Position numbers and translations under genes: made by a program
The notes under the pieces: generated by a model
Database searches by the model: none
What the model saw: the letters and a program-made list of their open reading frames with translations, nothing else
What the model was told of the DNA's origin: nothing
Part shown: in pieces, positions 58,864 to 64,000 of the stretch
Numbering within the stretch: position 1 is the stretch's first letter
Layout of the letters: each line of letters starts with the position of its first letter
DNA from: Naegleria gruberi
Taxonomy: Eukaryota
Length of the DNA stretch: 64,000 nucleotides
NCBI GenBank assembly: GCA_000004985.1
Contig: GG738870.1
Strand: one strand, 5' to 3'

Positions 58864-60293
58864 TTATAGCACGAGATCTAAGATCATCATGATAATGAAA
58901 CCAACAAAGAATCCAGCCAATCCTATTCTACTGGTCAACTTATAAAACTTTTGCTTTTTTCTTGGTACCAAAACATCAGGAGTTTTTTCAAAAATTTCCA
59001 ATTGAGAAGTAGAATTTAAAGTACCTTCCTCTAATTTTGTTGCTGCAACAAGATCTGATTTAGGTTCAGATTCCTCACCAGAAGAATGATCATGTTTTGA
59101 AATAGTTTCAGGAATTAATTCACTCACAACTACAAAAATCATACAAGCACTAGCAAATGATAAGGCATATGGTAATATTGATTCAGATACAGTAACTAAT
59201 CCAGATCCAATAAGACCTCCTAAAATTTCCACTAAAGCACTAGCACTTCCAATAAACTGAAGAGATATTCCAAATTAATGAACTATTTTTTAATACTTAC
59301 AAATGATTTCCAATAACCTGCACCATCTCTAACAAGAGGAAGTGACACAGAAAGCCCTTCAGGAATATTTTGAATTCCAACACCCAAACTCAAACTGACA
59401 GCATTTGAAATTGAAATACCATTCTTATTTGTTTCGTTTGAAATAGATCCGAATGCAACTCCGACAACAATACCCTCTTTTGGAAATTGTTATGTTTTGA
59501 AAGAATTGAATACATACCTGGTAAATTGTGAATAGTCATGGATAACATTAAAAGGAATGATCTTCTAAATTTCACCAATAGTGAACTCAATTTACTCTTC
59601 CAATTTGCTTTCCTTTTAGGTGGAACTTCTGCTGCTTTTTCTTCAATTTTAATTTCAATATTGTTAGAATCTTTCATTTCAATTACAGATGTTGTTGATG
59701 TTACTTCTGTTAGAGACGCTGATGACATTATTGGTTCCACTGCTGCAGCCTCTTGTTCCTCCAATATCTGTAACTCCCTATCATATTGTTTCTTTTTCTT
59801 TTCAACAAAATCATTTAAATAATCAACTATTGATTGGAATAATGTCATAATTATAATGCAATTCCAATCTACTAACCTCCAATATCAAATATAATAAAGA
59901 ATAAAATTCCAATTGTAAATCCTCCAAATACAGGTAACACTGAAATATATTCTCCATATTGTTTTTCACTCAATTCTAAAGAAATTTGGTCAATTCTGTC
60001 ACTCTCAACTTACCTGCAGCAGGCAACAATAAACTGAAGAAAGAAGCTGCCAACATAATACCACCTCCCAATCCAAACAATAATTCCATCACTGTAGTAT
60101 AAAACTTATTAGATCTCCCCGAACAACAAATAAAAAAGAAGCAAGCAGCTGCTCCCAATGTTGTGAACAACCAATTAATAGTAGTAAATATCACACCCAA
60201 TCCGATCGGATGTATCGTCAATAGAAATGAATAAAATTCTGCCATATTATGTGTATCGGTGCCATTCGTTGTCTGATTCAATCCTGAATCCAT
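58864..60293 (-). CDS. ZIP-family (ZupT/ZIP11-like) zinc/iron transporter, five exons
   Basis: Exons 60014..60293, 59877..59975, 59518..59826, 59301..59476 and 58864..59256. Introns are 59976..60013, 59827..59876, 59477..59517 and 59257..59300; donors are GTAAGT, GTTAGT, GTATGT and GTAAGT. All junctions keep the frame. Diagnostic HNLPEG (HNxxEG) is split across intron 3. A long His-poor cytoplasmic loop lies between TM3 and TM4. Confidence 0.75.
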
Positions 60294-62062
60294 CACCGAG
60301 TAAATTTGAGATAAATGATGAAACCTATTGTGGATCATTTTTTTTGTGTTTGTCGTTGAGAAGATTCTGTTGGTTTGTGGAGTGAAATGGAAATTGGCGT
60401 GTTTTTTGTAATATTCCAAAAGAATCCACAATGTGTGGCAAAAACAATAAGGAGTCCTTATACTTCTAATCTCATTGGAAGAGGATAACAACAAGCAGTT
60501 TGTGCACGTCTATGCTGTTGAAGCAGAATCGATTTCTAGTACAGCTTTGCTTTAAGTGAGCCGGAACAGAGAGTCACATCATCACGGCTAACAATTTTGG
60601 ACCCTTTTGCATTTTCATCATCATTTTAGATTAAAATTCCATCCTTATTATTAAAGGGAAATTAATGTTCGTGTTGTATGTTGCAAGCGCAAATCCAAAG
60701 GCATCAAAATTTGCTAAGGAAATCAAACCATCATAATTATGTTCTTAGTGAGTTGGAATTGAAAATGTCATGAGATATAATTCCTTATTGTTTTTAATTT
60801 GCATTCATAACCTTGGGAGTGATGATTTTGTGATCATTGGTATGAGCCTTATCCAGAGATTTGCCACTACTGTGCAATATGGATCACTCGCAAATTTCGT
60901 CCGCCAAGCGATTTGACTAATTTGGGTATGATTCCCGGTTTACTTTTGTTCGTCATTATAAAACATCTTTGAACCAACAAAATCAATGTCTTTTTACTCT
61001 CCAAAAAAATTCTACAATCAGAATACATCTTTAAAAGTGAAGATTCTAGTGTCTATCTTCTCACTGTTCTGTAGAGTATTCATATCATCATCATTAGCTT
61101 CAAGGAAGTTATTGTCCTAATAGTTCTCTTTAATAGAACCATTTAGTTAGTACTTGGGAAAAAGCCTTTAGAAAATATTTTGCATATTGGACACGAAGAA
61201 GTAATTGCTATTATTATTCTGATATTTTCATCATTTACTGATTAAAACAACAATTGCTAGAGTCTAGCTGAAACTATTAGTAGTAGTAACAGAGGAAAAC
61301 ACCACTCATCATCCAATAGTTCTACCACCCTAAAAGTAAAAGATAGCACTCATCAAAGTCTTCCAAAAGAGTATTGCTGCTATTGGTCCATAATACTTTT
61401 CTAATTGTAAGTATTTTAAATCTAATGAATTGATTGAATTTGTTTTTCTTGCGAACACAACCATCCTTTGAATGATCTATACTTGGATATCGATATATAC
61501 CAAACCAAACAACTCAACTGCAATATTTGGAACAACAATTTCAACATACAATGCTAATATCACGATGACTATCATAAATTACATCATCATCGCGTTGTTG
61601 TTATTATTGATAATCATCTATTAATTGTTAAACATCATCAACATGTCCCTCCGTTAAATAATGCCACGAAATGGTTTTCGTTTTGTGTCTTTATCAGGAT
61701 TAATTTGGAAAAGAACACAAAAAAAAAGAATCACAAACGCTCATTATTAACACTCCCAAAACAGCAAGAACAAGCACTATCGTGAACAACAGTTGACGTG
61801 AAGTTGAAATTGCCTCTTATCAGATATATTGGCTACCATCATCAAATACCAATTTTTATTCTTGTTGGAATTTTACTTATCAACAATATTGTGTATTTTA
61901 ATAGCGTTCTACTTTGTACTATTTACATTCTTGTTTGTTGTAACATTTACTATCATCAAACAAGCAGATTAATTTATATTAATAATTTTGCAAGCACTTG
62001 TGGCTGAAACTAATACTTCTGTCTAGTACAGTTTTGAACGATCGTTCTATATTTTGAAACAA

Positions 62063-64000
62063 ATGCATCACCCTCTACCTCCTCTTCACTCTGCGACCTC
62101 CTATTTACAACAACATGGTGGTCATCATCAGGCGCCACCATCTCCAAGTACACCATCCTCCTATCATCATCCCCAACATGGCTATTATAACAGCAACAGC
62201 AGTAGTAACAATTATCAGAGTGCATATCATCATTCTCCACACCATCATCACTCTTCTGCTGTTAATAGCTCAATGAATGGAGGTTCATCTTCGGTCATTT
62301 ATCATTCCTCTTCATCTTCGCTCTATGGATCAGATTTGGTTTCAGGTGCATCTAGCAGCAATAACAATGCAGCATATCACCATTCTCCACACCATCTCTC
62401 ACACCACCAATCAACTCCAACTTCTCACCATTCCCATTACCATCAAAACTCGTATACCAACAATAACTATCATAATGCAACCACTACCAGTTCACAGCCA
62501 TCCTACAATTATGGCAATACCCAAGACCATTCATACAATTATCAAACAGGCAATAACTATTCATCTTATAATAATACTAGTGTACCAATATCTAACAGTA
62601 ACAATGTTCAAACTCCTACTAGGAGAACAACCTATGAAGAAAATACTCCTGTTACAGTGATATCTTCAGATGAAGAAGACTCACAATATAAAACAATGAA
62701 AACTAGTACTAGTACACCTAATCTATCAAAATCAACACACCACTATGGTTTACAATCACCAAATTTTCAATCTACACCACCTAGTACTAATTATGCACAC
62801 GATTTAAATTCTCCGTCATCATCTGCACATCAACAGCAGCAGTATCAAACTACCTATCCATCTAGTAACAATACATCCTCTTCATATTATCAACATTCAG
62901 GAGGAGGAAATACAGGTGGACCACCAGGTTCGTTGGAAGATAAGTTTTTGTCGATGAGGTCATCTATCATGGTAATACCAAATTCTTCTAGAAGATCGCC
63001 TTCACCTCCACTACCTTCACCAAGATTGGCTAATGAACATCCATCAACACCATCTTCTTCTGTTGCTAATGCAACAACACCTTCCTCTTATACCCAACCT
63101 TTGGCTACCTCCACACCACCATCAACGTATGCAGAACCATCTAAACCTGCATTTAGTGAACCTCTCAAAACAAATTCAAGGAAAGCACTGGATGAAATGA
63201 TGATGAGGTTACAGAGGGAAAAGGAATCTCTTCAGCAGTTCAGAACAACATCAGATTATAGCTATCCTTCCAGTTACCCTTCCACAACTGCTACAACCTA
63301 TAACGCACCTCCTACATATTCACATGATTCATATAATTATACCAATTCATCAACATATCCATCTCCTCACTATTCCAGTTACGCTTCCAAGTACGATGAG
63401 AGGTACAGAGGTAATTCATATTATCAAGATGAGTATAATACTCCAACACCTCCACATAGTTCACATTCTTATCACTCTCCATATGTTTCTGATCCATATT
63501 ATAGAAATCCTAAATATCCTCCAATGTACGCACAAAGTAGTGAAACCATCTCAGATGATGCTCATAATGTGAGGTCAACATCTCCTACTAATCACATAAA
63601 TGGAGCTAGTGATAAGAAGAAACATCATGTACCACCTCCAAACAATACTAGTAGTGGCAACAGGAAAAAACCACCAACAGTTACAAAGAAACCTAAACAC
63701 AAAATTCCTCCACCTCCAAGTTCAACTGCAAATGTTCCTCTACCAACCCCAAATTCCAATACACCAACAGGTTCTGATAAAAAAATCAAGCTGCCACCAA
63801 AACCAAAAAGAAAAGATTCAGAACCTCTAGATAACAATGAGAAAAGTCCAAAGACTAATTTGAACCTTAGAGTTAGAACAAGCAAACAAAAGAAAAGACA
63901 GCAAGATGCTGTTAGAATGTTGAAACAGGACGATAGTGACAATGAGATTATTGAAATGGAAGATGAAAAACAAGACACATACCAACCAAAATCCACTAAA
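62063..64000 (+). CDS. S/Y/H/N/P-rich low-complexity (prion-like) protein, 3' end beyond the window
   Basis: ATG at 62063. The frame was checked at three points and stays open to position 64000. Composition is dominated by Ser, Tyr, His, Asn, Pro and Thr (HHSPHHHH, SYNYGNTQDHSYNYQTGNNYSSYNN). A basic, Pro-rich stretch appears near 63600-63850. It is absent from the ORF track because no stop falls inside the window. Confidence 0.45.
   Translation, partial: MHHPLPPLHSATSYLQQHGGHHQAPPSPSTPSSYHHPQHGYYNSNSSSNNYQSAYHHSPHHHHSSAVNSSMNGGSSSVIYHSSSSSLYGSDLVSGASSSNNNAAYHHSPHHLSHHQSTPTSHHSHYHQNSYTNNNYHNATTTSSQPSYNYGNTQDHSYNYQTGNNYSSYNNTSVPISNSNNVQTPTRRTTYEENTPVTVISSDEEDSQYKTMKTSTSTPNLSKSTHHYGLQSPNFQSTPPSTNYAHDLNSPSSSAHQQQQYQTTYPSSNNTSSSYYQHSGGGNTGGPPGSLEDKFLSMRSSIMVIPNSSRRSPSPPLPSPRLANEHPSTPSSSVANATTPSSYTQPLATSTPPSTYAEPSKPAFSEPLKTNSRKALDEMMMRLQREKESLQQFRTTSDYSYPSSYPSTTATTYNAPPTYSHDSYNYTNSSTYPSPHYSSYASKYDERYRGNSYYQDEYNTPTPPHSSHSYHSPYVSDPYYRNPKYPPMYAQSSETISDDAHNVRSTSPTNHINGASDKKKHHVPPPNNTSSGNRKKPPTVTKKPKHKIPPPPSSTANVPLPTPNSNTPTGSDKKIKLPPKPKRKDSEPLDNNEKSPKTNLNLRVRTSKQKKRQQDAVRMLKQDDSDNEIIEMEDEKQDTYQPKSTK

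Noticed and set aside
59827-59848. ATG-initiated N-terminus MTLFQSI of the 59390..59848 ORF-track entry
   Set aside because: It lies inside intron 2 of the ZIP transporter gene. The exon begins at the TAG acceptor at 59826, and upstream exons supply the real N-terminus in frame.
1-64000. Prokaryotic-type systems (CRISPR arrays, restriction-modification, toxin-antitoxin, operons, IS elements)
   Set aside because: The window is clearly eukaryotic nuclear DNA, with spliceosomal introns, a eukaryote-type tRNA and monocistronic genes. No CRISPR-like repeat-spacer arrays or transposase genes are visible.

Overview
This 64-kb window is AT-rich (roughly 30-33% GC) nuclear DNA from a compact, intron-containing eukaryotic genome, not a prokaryote. 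I recognise about 38 protein-coding genes (about one per 1.7 kb) plus one tRNA gene (tRNA-Pro, UGG anticodon). Most genes carry 1-4 very short spliceosomal introns of 34-99 nt, with GTAAGT, GTATGT, GTGAGT or GTAGGT donors and AG acceptors usually in a TAG context. Many genes sit in head-to-head pairs that share short AT-rich intergenic regions. Proteins often contain short N, Q, S or T homopolymer runs. The six-frame ORF track accepts non-ATG start codons, so the true starts were re-derived from in-frame ATGs and splice junctions. Gene structure and gene content point to an amoebozoan-like (dictyostelid-like) protist. However, a clear ARL13 orthologue, a cilium-specific GTPase, argues for a ciliated or flagellated lineage, so the taxon is unresolved. 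Recognisable products include an ABC half-transporter, a DCN1-like protein, ARL13, an aquaporin, a Cid1-family nucleotidyltransferase, an ELAPOR/KIAA1324-like membrane protein, two RCC1-repeat proteins and a syntaxin-8-like SNARE. Further products are a WH2/polyproline actin regulator, an FSH1/OVCA2 hydrolase, an SDR39U1 epimerase-family protein, a Rho GTPase, importin-5, a HAD-IIA phosphatase, NDUFV1 and a TUG/ASPSCR1 UBX protein. The list ends with a Sel1-repeat protein, a lipocalin, an Mpv17-like protein, methylenetetrahydrofolate dehydrogenase/cyclohydrolase and a ZIP zinc transporter. Two 49-50 nt N-runs are assembly gaps; each interrupts a gene and one lies about 45 bp downstream of the tRNA. 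No prokaryotic-style defence or mobile system is present. The most unusual items are a divergent pair of N-myristoylated paralogues, one fused to a catalytically dead calpain domain, the ARL13 gene, and a syntaxin-8-like SNARE with His at the zero layer.
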